Shown here: one piece after another, positions 49,814-62,200 of the stretch
How the letters are laid out: the number at the start of each line of letters is the position of its first letter
Numbering within the stretch: position 1 is the stretch's first letter
Assembly (NCBI GenBank): GCA_964016885.1
Contig: OZ024741.1
Coordinates: 412,176,001 to 412,240,000 of the forward strand
Length of the DNA stretch: 64,000 bases
Direction of reading: 5' to 3'
DNA from: Eledone cirrhosa
Taxonomy: Eukaryota
Made by a program: the position numbers and the translations under genes
The notes under the pieces: model-generated
Database searches by the model: none
What the model was told of the DNA's origin: nothing
The model's input: only the letters and a program-made list of their open reading frames with translations

Positions 49814-52100
49814 ATGGAATGGCACCAATTGGATATGTCGTTAAAAAACATACCTATTCAGGCAAAAAGGGAATATATTCTAGGTATGATACGAAGGACC
49901 AATGATTTTATTCGACGAATCAGATGGAAAACATTCCATTTTGACAAAAGCCGTATAAACCAAACATCGGATCTTAACAAGGATAAATTTGGATTTAAAT
50001 CTTACAAGAACCCACCCTCAAACCCACTTTTGGATGCATTTGAACAAGACCTAATGGATATGATCATGGAGATCAAATTTACAAAACGGAAGAACAATAA
50101 ACTACAGAATGACATCACGGCACTGCTCAATAATCTAAAAAACGCCAATGGAATTATTGTTAGAGCAGACAAAACATCAAACCTATATACCATGGATGTG
50201 GACACTTACAATAACTTCATCCGTAAGGAATTGCATAAAAAATACAGGAAAACTAATGAAGCTACACTTAAAAACATCAACAACTCGGCATGTGATATTG
50301 TTAAAAAACTTTATATTGACGATAGAACGCAACCCTTAATACCAGCTATACCATCCTTCAACCTGAAGGACCACAAGGTAAACTTCGATACTAACCCTAA
50401 TATTAGACTTATATGCCCCTCTAAATCTGATATAGGCAAAATTAGAAAATATATACTAGACAGAATTATCCCCCAAGTTAAGGTTAAAGTAGAGATTAAA
50501 CTATGGGGTAACACTCATGAAGCAATAAGATGGTTTAATAACATTACTGATAAGAAAAAATCAAAATTTATTCAGTTTGATATTGATGAATATTATTCCT
50601 CAATTTCACCTGATACTCTACATGAAGCTCTTTCGTTCGCTAAGGATAATTCCGACCTTACGGATGCTGAAATTAAAATTATTATGGAAGCGACGAAAAC
50701 TATAGTTAAATTCAATGATAGCTACTGGTTTCGCAAAGATAGACCTTCTAATTTTGATATTACTATGGGTTCTAATGATTCGGCGGAAGTAACAGATCTT
50801 GTGGGAATTTATATCACCCACAGATTACAAGGAAAATTCAAGGATCTCCACGGTGGAATCTACCGTGACGATGCGCTCCTATTAGTTAAGCATATGAATA
50901 ACCAGAATTTAGAAAGGATGCGTAAAAATATCAGAAAGCTTTTTAAGGAACTAGGATTAAATATTACATTTGAATATAACCTCAAAGAGGTCAATTTCCT
51001 TGATGTTACTTTCAATCTCAATACAGATACGATTAAACCGTCCCATAAACTAAATGAGAACCTTAAATATGTAAATACGAGTTCTAACCATCCACTCTCT
51101 ATAATTAAATCCATCCCTAGAAATGTTTCTCTTAGAATCTCCCGCCTGTCGTCCAACCAACAAACCTTCAAAGAACATGCCGAATATTATGATGATGCAC
51201 TTAGGAAAGCCGGTCACCTAGATAATATAGAGTATATAGTCAAAGATCACCAAAACACCCAAAATAAATCCCATAGTAGAAATAGCACAGAATCACCACC
51301 ATACATACACTACCGCAATAGACAATAATAGTCGCACACCACCAAACAGAAGGCGATGTAAAGAGTATATTTGGTACAACCCGGTCTATAACAACTCTAT
51401 TAAAACCAATCTACCCTCAAAATTCTTTCGATTAGTTAAAAAACACTTTCCAACATCACATAAATATAATAAAATCTTAAACCCTAACACTATTCGACTT
51501 TCATATTCAACCGCCCCTAATATTGAACAACATATAAAAAAGCTTAACGCAAAACGGTTGTATAAACGCCTTCCAACACATAACAATACACGTAAAACAT
51601 TAGCTATAACATCACAAAACAACAAACAACATCCTGTCCTACATAAGCAACCTCATCAACCTATCCATGGCAATACAACAACGCAAAATTATAATTGCAA
51701 CTGTGTCCAACCAGGAATGTGTCCGTTGAACAATCAGTGTCTTGAACGCAACATCGTATACAAATGTACTATCGAATCGGATAGACAGAAGTGGTACTAC
51801 GTGGGATCTACAGCCACCTCCTTCAAATTACGCCTTTATAGACATCGTTACTCGATAAAACATGAAAACCAGCGTTATGTAACAACACTCGCAGACAAGG
51901 CTTGGCAGCTGCGTGAAAATAACCAACAATTTCACCTAAAATAGGATATAATAGCGGCTGCCCCCCCCCCCCCCCCCATATTCCCATGGACAGGAATTTT
52001 GTAAATTATGTAATGTAGAATTATTTTGTATTATGAAATCCAAAAACATTTTATTAAATAACAGAATAGAGCGATCGTTATACTGTAACCATCGCTTAAA
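49814..52100 (+). pseudogene. Penelope-like RT-GIY-YIG ORF with frameshifts and a stop (Naiad-like Cys linker)
   Basis: SLKNIP, ADKTSN, FDIDEYYSSI, MGSNDSAEV, YRDDAL, FLDVTF, SNHP; CNC-x5-CP-x4-C; NIVY...YVGST...R..H; CKLC; break at 51328, TAG at 51942. Confidence 0.93.
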
Positions 52101-52416
52101 ATCTACATTTTCATATTATAAATACTACCAGGATTGAACGCCTGTCTCTATCTCCGTTTGATTGTCAAAATAGATATTAACATTCTTTATTAGTCTTAAT
52201 TCTATCAACTCTTCTATTATTTACCTTTTAATACAAACTGCTATAGATAAAATGAGATTTCTGATTTCTTGATTCAATTCCCTAATGCATATACCAGCTG
52301 GCTACTAGCATTGATGTTATTTAGTAGCAATCGAAATCTCCCCCTTCCCCAATTGACACTTTATAATTTATACTACTGTCCAGTTGGTCAAGTAGAGATT
52401 AAAATTGGCACTCCAA

Positions 52417-53641
52417 TTTCCAACTAGAGAATAAATTCCAAACCTGGAAGCAGGGACTAGAGAGAAAGGGCCTCAAAGTCAACATGACAAAGACTAAGGT
52501 CCTTATAAGTAGACGAGAAAACAGAACCCAGATCCCCTCAGGGAAATGGCCTTGCTCAGTATGTAGGAAAGGTGTAGGTAGGAACTCCATTCTCTGCCCC
52601 AAATGCAAACAATGGGTACACAAGAGATGTAGCGGGATCTCAGGAAGCTTAATTAAGAATGTAGGATTCACATGCAGCAGCTGTGCTGAAACAGCAAGCA
52701 AACAGCCACAGGAAACAAGTACCACCAATCTCTGGGAGGGCCCTGTAGAAACAGTAGACAGCTTCTGCTACCTAGGTGACCGAATTAGCAACGGAGGTGG
52801 GTGCTCAGAAAGTACAATAACTAGGGTAAGAACGGGATGGAAGAAGTTTAGGGAACTACTACCACTGCTAGCTGCAAAAGGCTTCTCCCTCAGAATGAAA
52901 GGCAGACTGTATGATGCGTGTATCCGAACAGCGATGTTGCATGGTAGTGAGACCTGGGCGCTGAAGGTGGAAGACTTACGTAGATTAGAGAGAAACGAAG
53001 CCTGCATGCTCCGATGGATGTGTAACAGTAATATACGTGAACGACAAAGCATAAAGGAATTGAGAGAGAGACTGAGCATAAGAGGAATCAAATGCTGCGT
53101 GCAGGAGAGGCGGTTACGCTGGTATGGACATGTGATGCGTATGAAGGATGACAGCTGCATAAAAAGGTGCAGAGCACTAGAAGTTGATGGAAACCGCGGA
53201 GTGGGGAGACCCAAGATGACTTGGGATGAGGTGATAAAAGCCGACCTTACCCAACTACACCTCTCAAAGTCAATGACACACGACCGTGACTTCTGGCGTC
53301 ACGCAGTAATACAGGGTACCCGACCTCCCATGGGTACATGCTGAAGCATATAAACAATATGCCCCCCCCCCCACCGCAAGGTGGTCGTGGAGGTGCCACG
53401 GCAAAAAAGCACCCAGCCCACACTGTAAAGTGGACGTGTAGGCGCCACGAAAAAGCACCCAGCACTCACTGTAAATGAGGTTGGTGTTAGGAAGGGCATC
53501 CAGCTGTAGAAATCAAGCCAGATCAGTTCCTGTATGAGCAAGGCATGGTCAGCCGACCAGACACTGCCCACAACAGGACAACCCGTCTAACCCATGCTAG
53601 CGTGGAAGAACAGACGTAAAACGGTGATGATGATGATGATG
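52417..53641 (+). mobile_element. 5'-truncated RTE LINE nested in the Penelope 3' pseudo-LTR
   Basis: ORF 52484-53344 is similar to the C-terminus of 30145-33390; (GAT)n tail; target duplication ACTCC(C)AA at 52410 and 53642. Confidence 0.93.
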
Positions 53642-54083
53642 ACTCCCAAAATTATTATTTAGATTTACTCATGGTATTCTCATTAGAAACCTATTATATA
53701 CTTGTTTAGCAGTAAATTAATTTACCATCTGCCATATACTATCCCCTCTGTTTCTTCCTCTATTACTAATATAAATACTTCAATTTTTCTGATTTTATCC
53801 AATTTATCCAAAATCTCTGAAGAAGTGACAACTGATTATACATTTGCTATCGAATACTTGCTAACATTATATGATTACGCAAGCAGCGATACATAGGTAT
53901 TCCGTCTGTTACAGAAACATATGTCAATACCTAATAAATTCCTTTTTTAAAAAAAGCACTTTCATTTTATATTCGTCCTTTCTACATTTTCTCCGGAATA
54001 TAATTTATACTCGTTGAGCAAACCTGCACGTACGCTGTTCATCTCTAACGTAACGATATATTATCACTACATTATTGATAACC

Positions 54084-54360
54084 TGGGTGATGTGTTGTTT
54101 CCTTGAGCAAGACGATTTATTTCACATTGCTCCAGTTTACTCAGCTGTAGAAATGAGATGATAGTGACTTGGGTCCCTATCATTCCACTACAAAGTGGTC
54201 GTGGAGGTGCCACGCCAAAAAAGCACCCCCACTCACTGTAAATGAGGTTGGTGTTAGGAAGGGCATCCAGCTGTAGAAATCAAGCCAGAATCAGTTCCCG
54301 TCCCACCCATGCAAGCAGGGAAAAGCGGACGTAAAATGAAATGATGATGATGAATGATGA
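54084..54360 (+). mobile_element. 5'-truncated SINE, same family as 22497-22839
   Basis: Near-identical body and GAT tail. Confidence 0.88.
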
Positions 54361-54362
54361 TA

Positions 54363-55592
54363 CAGGGCACGGACGATATTTGTTTACAAGATTACTGTCT
54401 AGGAAAAAATAACACAGTAGTTTTATTTTTAAAGATATATTTATCAAACTTGGGTCAGTTTGTCTTCATGACTTGTTCTTTTGATCTCACTCGATAAACC
54501 TGCCATTGGCTTTTATGATGGCCTCAAGGTGGCCTTCGGCACTGTCGCCCGACTTAGGCCCCTAAAGGCACTTGTGATCCTGGCCTTCAGATCGTCTTTC
54601 GTATTGCAGCTAGATCTGTTGGTGTCTCATTCCACTGCGCCCCACACAAAGAAGTCGAAGGGGTTGCAGTCAGGCGATCTGGGAAGCCAGATGTCAGGTG
54701 AAGTGTGGTCGATGAAGTTCTCTGACAGCCAGGCTTGGGTCTTTCGGCTGGTATGGCAGGGTGTTGAGTCTTGCTGCCACACGTACGGCCTACCTGCAGC
54801 TACTTGGTCAATCCAGGGCTTTACTACCTCGCGCAGAACGCAGATGTAGCCATCGGTGTTCAGCTTGAGGCCCTCAGGGAAGAAGTGAGGTGGCATGGCA
54901 TCACCTTGACTGCTGACGACACCTAAGACCAATGTCGCTGGAAACTTTGTCTGCATGAATCTGGGCACGTCTTTGGATGAGACAGCGAGCCACCTGTTGT
55001 TCTGGGAGTTGATCTTCTGGTCTAGGCAGAAGTTTTTCTCGTCGGAGAAAAACCACAGCATGTCTGGCTCTAGTGGGTGTTTCAACTTGTTGATCAGCTT
55101 CTTTGCGTGCTTCAGTCGCTTTTGTTGCATCGCCTTTGGCAGAAATTGTCCTTTCCTCATCTTGTATGGAACATAGCGAATGTCTTCATGTACCACCAGC
55201 CTAATGAGCTTTTCATCCACACCTTTCTCCCATGCGACGAACTCGGGCGTTCTGGAGGGGTCAGATCGTCGATCATGTGTTTTCCTCTCTGATGTTGCTT
55301 CGTAGTCGAATCCTGAATCTTCCAATTCCTTTCTGACTTTTTCCACCATTCTCCTGCTGACACTGAGAAAGGCTGAAATTTCCTCATTTGTCCTCCCGGC
55401 ACGGATTCCAAGAAGAACTCTGTGTCTCTTCCACAAATTTGGCGGTTCAAAATTATTCATAATCAATTATTCTGAAAATAAATAATGGAAATATAGTCAC
55501 TGTTTTTATGAAGACAGAGTGACAATGGAAGTAAAAAAGATCTGCATAAAATTAGCAGTTGAAAATTGCGAACAAATATCGTCCACACCCTG
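54363..55592 (-). mobile_element. Tc1/mariner superfamily transposon, DD37D (maT-type), defective
   Basis: ~27-bp TIRs CAGGGCACGGACGATATTTGTTTACAA / TTGCGAACAAATATCGTCCACACCCTG, TA on both sides. Confidence 0.93.
54627..55466 (-). pseudogene. maT-type transposase, premature stop after VWGAVE
   Basis: WFFSDEKNF, WQQDSTPCH, SPDCNPFD; 37 residues between the second and third Asp. Confidence 0.88.
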
Positions 55593-55596
55593 TATA

Positions 55597-55650
<54 letters not shown>

Positions 55651-55675
55651 TAAATATGTATATATATATATGTAT

Positions 55676-55975
55676 GTAAAAGGTAAACAGAAATAACAAC
55701 ACAATCAGTACAGTATATTAAAGGTATATATTAGGTTAACACTTGAGATAGCAGGAAGAGGGTCTTAACGTTTAGATGCTAGTCCTTCATCAGAAGAAAG
55801 AATGAGAAATAAGATAGATTGAGGGGACGGGTGGGCGGGAATTGGAAAAAATGTCTTTAGATGAAAATAATAGGTCCATATATATGTATATATAAGGAAG
55901 AGAGGACATGTAATAATGTAGTCCAAGGTGAACTGTGGATCAACTAGAGATGGGATAATCATAGCTGGGTTGTCA
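55676..55975 (-). mobile_element. Probable Penelope-type tail remnant with a decayed hammerhead (55763-55797)
   Basis: Minus strand TCTT-CTGATGA-AGGACTAGCATC-TAAACGTT-AAGA; ends in (TA)n. Confidence 0.45.
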
Positions 55976-56004
55976 ACTTTAGCATGGTTGACCTGGGGTT
56001 AAAA

Positions 56005-56094
56005 AAACAATAAACACAACAACAATCACAACAGCGAAAACATCAACAACTCTACAACAACAACCACACACCAACAACATCAACAACAACAACC

Positions 56095-56125
<31 letters not shown>

Positions 56126-56243
56126 AATCAACAACAACATCAACAACAACCACACAACAACAACAACCACAATAACAAAAACAACATCAACAACAACCAC
56201 ACAACAACAACAACAACAACCACAACAACCACAACAACAACAT
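56005..56243. repeat. Degenerate (CAA)n microsatellite
   Basis: Directly visible. Confidence 0.95.
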
Positions 56244-59200
56244 CATGACTGCTATATTCTTAGTTAACTGTAGCATGACGGCTATTACCTTAGTTAACTG
56301 TAACATGATTGCTATTAACTTAGTTAACTGTAACATGACTGCTATTACCTTAGTAAACTGTAACATGACTGCTATTACCTTAGTTAACTGTAACATGACT
56401 GCTATTACCTTAGTTAACTGTAACACGACTGCTATTACCTTAGTTAACTGTAACATGACTGCTATTACCTTAGTTAACTGAAACATGACTGCTATTACCT
56501 TAGTTAACTGTAACATGACTGCTATTACCTTAGTTAACTGTAACATGACTGCTAATATCTTAGTTAACTGTAACATGGCTGCTATTACCTTAGTTAACTG
56601 TAACATGACAGCTATTATCTTAGTTAACTGTTACATGACTGCTATTATCTTAGTTAAATGTAACATGACTGCTGTTATCTTAGTTAACTGTAACATGACT
56701 GCTATTACATTAGTTAACTGTAACATGACTGCTATTACCTTAGTTAACTGTAACATGGCTGCTATTATCTTAGTTAACTGTAACATGACTGCTATTATCT
56801 TAGTTAAATGTAACGTGACTGCTATTATCTTAGTTAAATGTAACATCACAACTATTACCTTAGTTAACTGTAACATGACTGATATTATCTTAGTTAACTG
56901 TAACATGGCTGCTATTACCTTAGTTAACTGTAACATGGCTGCTATTATCTTAGTTAACTGTAACATGACTGCTATTATCTTAGTTAACTGTAACTTGACT
57001 GCTATTACCTTAGTTAACTGTAACATGGCTGCTATTATCTTAGTTAACTGTAACATGACTGCTATTCTCTTAGTTAACTGTAACTTGACTGCTATTACCT
57101 TAGTTAACTGTAACATGACTGCTATTATCTTAGTTAAATGTAACATGACTGCTATTATCTTAGTTAACTGTAACATGACTGCTATTATCTTAGTTAACTG
57201 TAACATGACTGCAATAACCTTAGTTAACTGTAACATGGCTGCTATTATCTTAGTTAACTGTAACGTGGATGCTATTACCTTTGTTAACTGTAACGTGGCT
57301 GCAATTATCTTAGTTAACTGTAACATGACTGCTATGACCTTAGTTAACTGTAAGATGACTGCTATTACCTTAGTTAACTGTAACATGACTGCTATTATCT
57401 TAGTTAACTGTAACATGGCTGTTATTATATTAGTTAACTGTAACATGACTGCTATTACCTTAGTTAACTGTAACATGACTGCTATTACCTTAGTTAACTG
57501 TAACATGACTGCTATTACCTTAGTTAAATATAACATGGCTGCTATTATCTTAGTTAACTGTAACATGACTGCTATTATCTTAGTTAACTGTAACATGGCT
57601 GCTATTATCTTACTTAACTGTAACATGACTCCTATTATCTTAGTTAACTGTAACATGACTGCTATTATCTTAGTTAACTGTAACATGACTGCTATTATCT
57701 TAGTTAACTGTAACTTGACTGCTATTACCTTAGTTAACTCTAACATGACTGCTATTATCTTAGTTAAATGTAACATGACTGCTATTATCTTAGTTAACTG
57801 TAACATGACTGCTATTATCTTAGTTAACTGTAACATGGCTGCTATTAACTTAGTTAACTGTAGCATGGCTGCTATTAACTTAGTTAACTGTAACATGACT
57901 GCTATTATCTTAGTTAACTGTAACATGACTGCTATTATCTTAGTTAACTGTAATATGACTGCTATAACCTTAGTTAACTGTAACATGGCTGCTATTATCT
58001 TAGTTAACTGTAACGTGGATGCTATTACCTTTGTTAACTGTAACATGGCTGCAATTATCTTAGTTAACTGTAACATGACTGCTATTACCTTAGTTAACTG
58101 TAAGATGACTGCTATTACCTTAGTTAACTGTAACATGGCTGCTATTATCTTAGTTAACTGTAACATGACTGCTATTACCTTAGTTAACTGTAACATGACA
58201 GCTATTATCTTAGTTAACTGTTACATGACTGCTATTATCTTAGTTAACTGTAACATGGCTGCTATTATCTTAGTTAACTGTAACATGGCTGCTATTACCT
58301 TAGTTAACTGTAACATGACAGCTATTAACTTAGTTAACTGTAACATGACTGCTATTAACTTAGTTAACTGTAACATGGCTGCTATTAACTTAGTTAACTG
58401 TAACATGGCTGCTATTAACTTAGTTAACTGTAACATGGCTGCTATTAACTTAGTTAACTGTAACATGACTGCTATGACCTTAGTTAACTGTAAGATGACT
58501 GCTATTACCTTAGTTAACTGTAACATGACTGCTATTATCTTAGTTAACTGTAACATGGCTGCTATTATATTAGTTAACTGTAACATGACTGCTATTACCT
58601 TAGTTAACTGTAACATGACTGCTATTACCTTAGTTAACTGTAACATGACTGCTATTACCTTAGTTAACTGTAACATGACTGCTATTATCTTAGTTAACTG
58701 TAACATGACTGCTATTATCTTAGTTAACTGTAACATGGCTGCTATTAACTTAGTTAACTGTAGCATGGCTGCTATTAACTTAGTTAACTGTAACATGACT
58801 GCTATTATCTTAGTTAACTGTAACATGGCTGCTATTAACTTAGTTAACTGTAGCATGGCTGCTATTAACTTAGTTAACTGTAACATGACTGCTATTATCT
58901 TAGTTAACTGTAACATGACTGCTATTATCTTAGTTAACTGTAACATGACTGCTATAACCTTAGTTAACTGTAACATGGCTGCTATTATCTTAGTTAACTG
59001 TAACGTGGATGCTATTACCTTTGTTAACTGTAACGTGGCTGCAATTATCTTAGTTAACTGTAACATGACTGCTATTACCTTAGTTAACTGTAAGATGACT
59101 GCTATTACCTTAGTTAACTGTAACATGACTGCTATTATCTTATTTAACTGTAACAAGGCTACTATTATCTTAGTTAACTGTAACATGACTGCTATTACCT

Positions 59201-62200
59201 TAGTTAACTGGAACATGACTGCTATTACCTTAGTCAACTGTAACATGACTACTATTACCTTAGTTAACTGTAACATGACTGCTAATATCTTAGTTAACTG
59301 TAACATGGCTGCTATTACCTTAGTTAACTGTAACATGACTGCTATTATCTTAGTTAACTGTAACATGGCTGCTATTACCTTAGTTAACTGTAACATGGCT
59401 GCTAGTATCTTGGTTAACTGTAATATGGCTGCTATTATCTTAGTTAACTGTAACATGACTGCTATTACCTTAGTTAACTGTAACATGGCTGCTATTATCT
59501 TGGTTAACTGTAATATGACTGCTATTAACTTAGTTTACTCTAACATGACTGCTATTATCTTAGTTAACTGTAACATGACTGCTATTAACTTAGTTAACTG
59601 TAAGATGGCTGCTATTATCTTAGTTAACTGTAACATGACTGCTATTATCTTAGTTAAATGTAACATTACTGCTATTATCTTAGTTAACTGTAACATGACT
59701 GCTATTACATTAGTTAACTGTAACATGACTGCTATTACCTTAGTTAACTGTAACATGGCTGCTATTATCTTAGTTAACTGTAACATGACTGCTATTATCT
59801 TAGTTAAATGTAACGTGACTGCTATTATCTTAGTTAAATGTAACATCACAACTATTACCTTAGTTAACTGTAACATGAATGATATTATCTTAGTTAACTG
59901 TAACACGGCTGCTATTACCTTAGTTAAAGGTAACATGGCTGCTATTATCTTAGTTAACTGTAACATGACTGCTATTATCTTAGTTAACTGTAACATGACT
60001 GCTATTATCTTAGTTAACTGTAACATGACTGCTATTATCTTAGTTAACTGTAACATGACTGCTATTATCTTAGTTAACTGTAACATTACTGCTATAACCT
60101 TAGTTAACTGTAACATGGCTGCTATTATCTTAGTTAACTGTAACGTGGATGCTATTACCTTTGTTAACTGTAACGTGGCTGCAATTATCTTAGTTAACTG
60201 TAACATGACTGCTATGACCTTAGTTAACTGTAAGATGACTGCTATTACCTTAGTTAAATGTAACATGACTGCTATTATCTTAGTTAACTGTAACATGGCT
60301 GCTATTATATTAGTTAACTGTAACATGACTGCTATTAACTTAGGTAACTGTAACATGACTGCTATTACCTTAGTTAACTGTAACATGACTGCTATTACCT
60401 TAGTTAACTGTAACATGACTGCTATTACCTTAGTTAACTGTAACATGACAGCTATTATCTTAGTTAAATGTAACATGACTGCTATTATCTTAGTTAACTG
60501 TAACATGACTGCTATTACATTAGTTAACTGTAACATGACTGCTATTACCTTAGTTAACTGTAACATGGCTGCTATTATCTTAGTTAACTGTAACATGACT
60601 GCTATTATCTTAGTTAAATGTAACGTGACTGCTATTATCTTAGTTAAATGTAACATAGCTGCTATTACCTTAGTTAACTGTAACATGACTGCTATTATCT
60701 TAGTTAACTGTAACATGGCTGCTATTATATTAGTTAACTGTAACATGACTGCTATTACCTTAGTTAACTGTAACATGACTGCTATTACCTTAGTTAACTG
60801 TAACATGACTGCTATTAACTTAGTTAACTGTAACATGACTGCTATTACCTTAGTTAACTATAACATGGCTGCTATTATCTTAGTTAACTGTAACATGACT
60901 GCTATTATCTTAGTTAAATGTAACGTGACTGCTAATATCTAGGTTAACTGTAACATGGCTGCTATTACCTTAGTTAACTGTAACATGACTGCTATTATCT
61001 TAGTTAACTGCAACATGGCTGCTATTATCTTAGTTAAATGTAACATGACTGCTATTATCTTATTTAACTGTAACATGACTGCTATTATCTTAGTTAACTG
61101 TAACATGGCTGCTATTAACTTAGTTAACTGTAGCATGGCTGCTATTAACTTAGTTAACTGTAACATGACTGCTATTATCTTAGTTAACTGTAACATGACT
61201 GCTATTATCTTAGTTAACTGTAACATGACTGCTATAACCTTAGTTAACTGTAACATGGCTGCTATTATCTTAGTTAACTGTAACGTGGATGCTATTACCT
61301 TTGTTAACTGTAACGTGGCTGCAATTATCTTAGTTAACTGTAACATGACTGCTATTACCTTAGTTAACTGTAACATGACTGCTATTACCTTAGTCAACTG
61401 TAACATGACTGCTATTATCTTAGTTAACTGTAACATGACTGCTATTATCTTAGTTAAATGTAACGTGACTGCTATTATCTTAGTTAAATGTAACACCACA
61501 ACTATTACCTTAGTTAACTGTAACATGACTGATATTATCTTAGTTAACTGTAACATGGCTGCTATTACCTTAGTTAACTGTAACATGGCTGCTATTATCT
61601 TAGTTAACTGTAACATGACTGCTATTATCTTAGTTAACTGTAACATGACTGCTATTATCTTAGTTAACTGTAACATGACTGCTATTATCTTAGTTAACTG
61701 TAACTTGACTGCTATTACCTTAGTTAACTGTAACATGACTGCTATTATCTTAGTTAAATGTAACATGACTGCTATTATCTTAGTTAACTGTAACATGACT
61801 GCTATTATCTAAGTTAACTGTAACATGGCTGCTATTAACTTAGTTAACTGTAGCATGGCTGCTATTAACTTAGTTAACTGTAACATGACTGCTATTATGT
61901 TAGTTAACTGTAACATGACTGCTATTATCTTAGTTAACTGTAACATGACTGCTATAACCTTAGTTAACTGTAACATGGCTGCTATTATCTTAGTTAACTG
62001 TAACGTGGATGCTATTACCTTTGTTAACTGTAACGTGGCTGCAATTATCTTAGTTAACTGTAACATGACTGCTATTACCTTAGTTAACTGTAACATGACT
62101 GCTATTACCTTAGTCAACTGTAACATGACTGCTATTATCTTAGTTAACTGTAACATGACTGCTATTATCTTAGTTAAATGTAACGTGACTGCTATTATCT

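Larger units (their letters stand above)
47142..54085 (+). mobile_element. Penelope-like retroelement locus: inverted partial copy (47142-48845), direct 5' pseudo-LTR (48846-49766), ORF region, 3' pseudo-LTR (to 54085, interrupted by an RTE)
   Basis: Three copies of the same tail (MFSSKLIY... ORF at 47338-, 49376+, 53702+); RT plus GIY-YIG coding region. Confidence 0.95.

Noticed and set aside
35690-52100. Selenocysteine recoding as reported for some Naiad Penelope-like elements
   Set aside because: The conserved Cys positions in both elements use TGT/TGC; the breaks are frameshifts or TAG/TAA, not in-frame TGA
47338-53896. Three-copy 64-aa ORF MFSSKLIY... as a small gene family
   Set aside because: Non-ATG start; it is simply part of the repeated pseudo-LTR
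56485-60942. 1485-aa protein-coding gene
   Set aside because: Not called as CDS: the unit is stop-free in that frame and divisible by 3, equally long antisense ORFs exist, and there is no unique N- or C-terminal sequence
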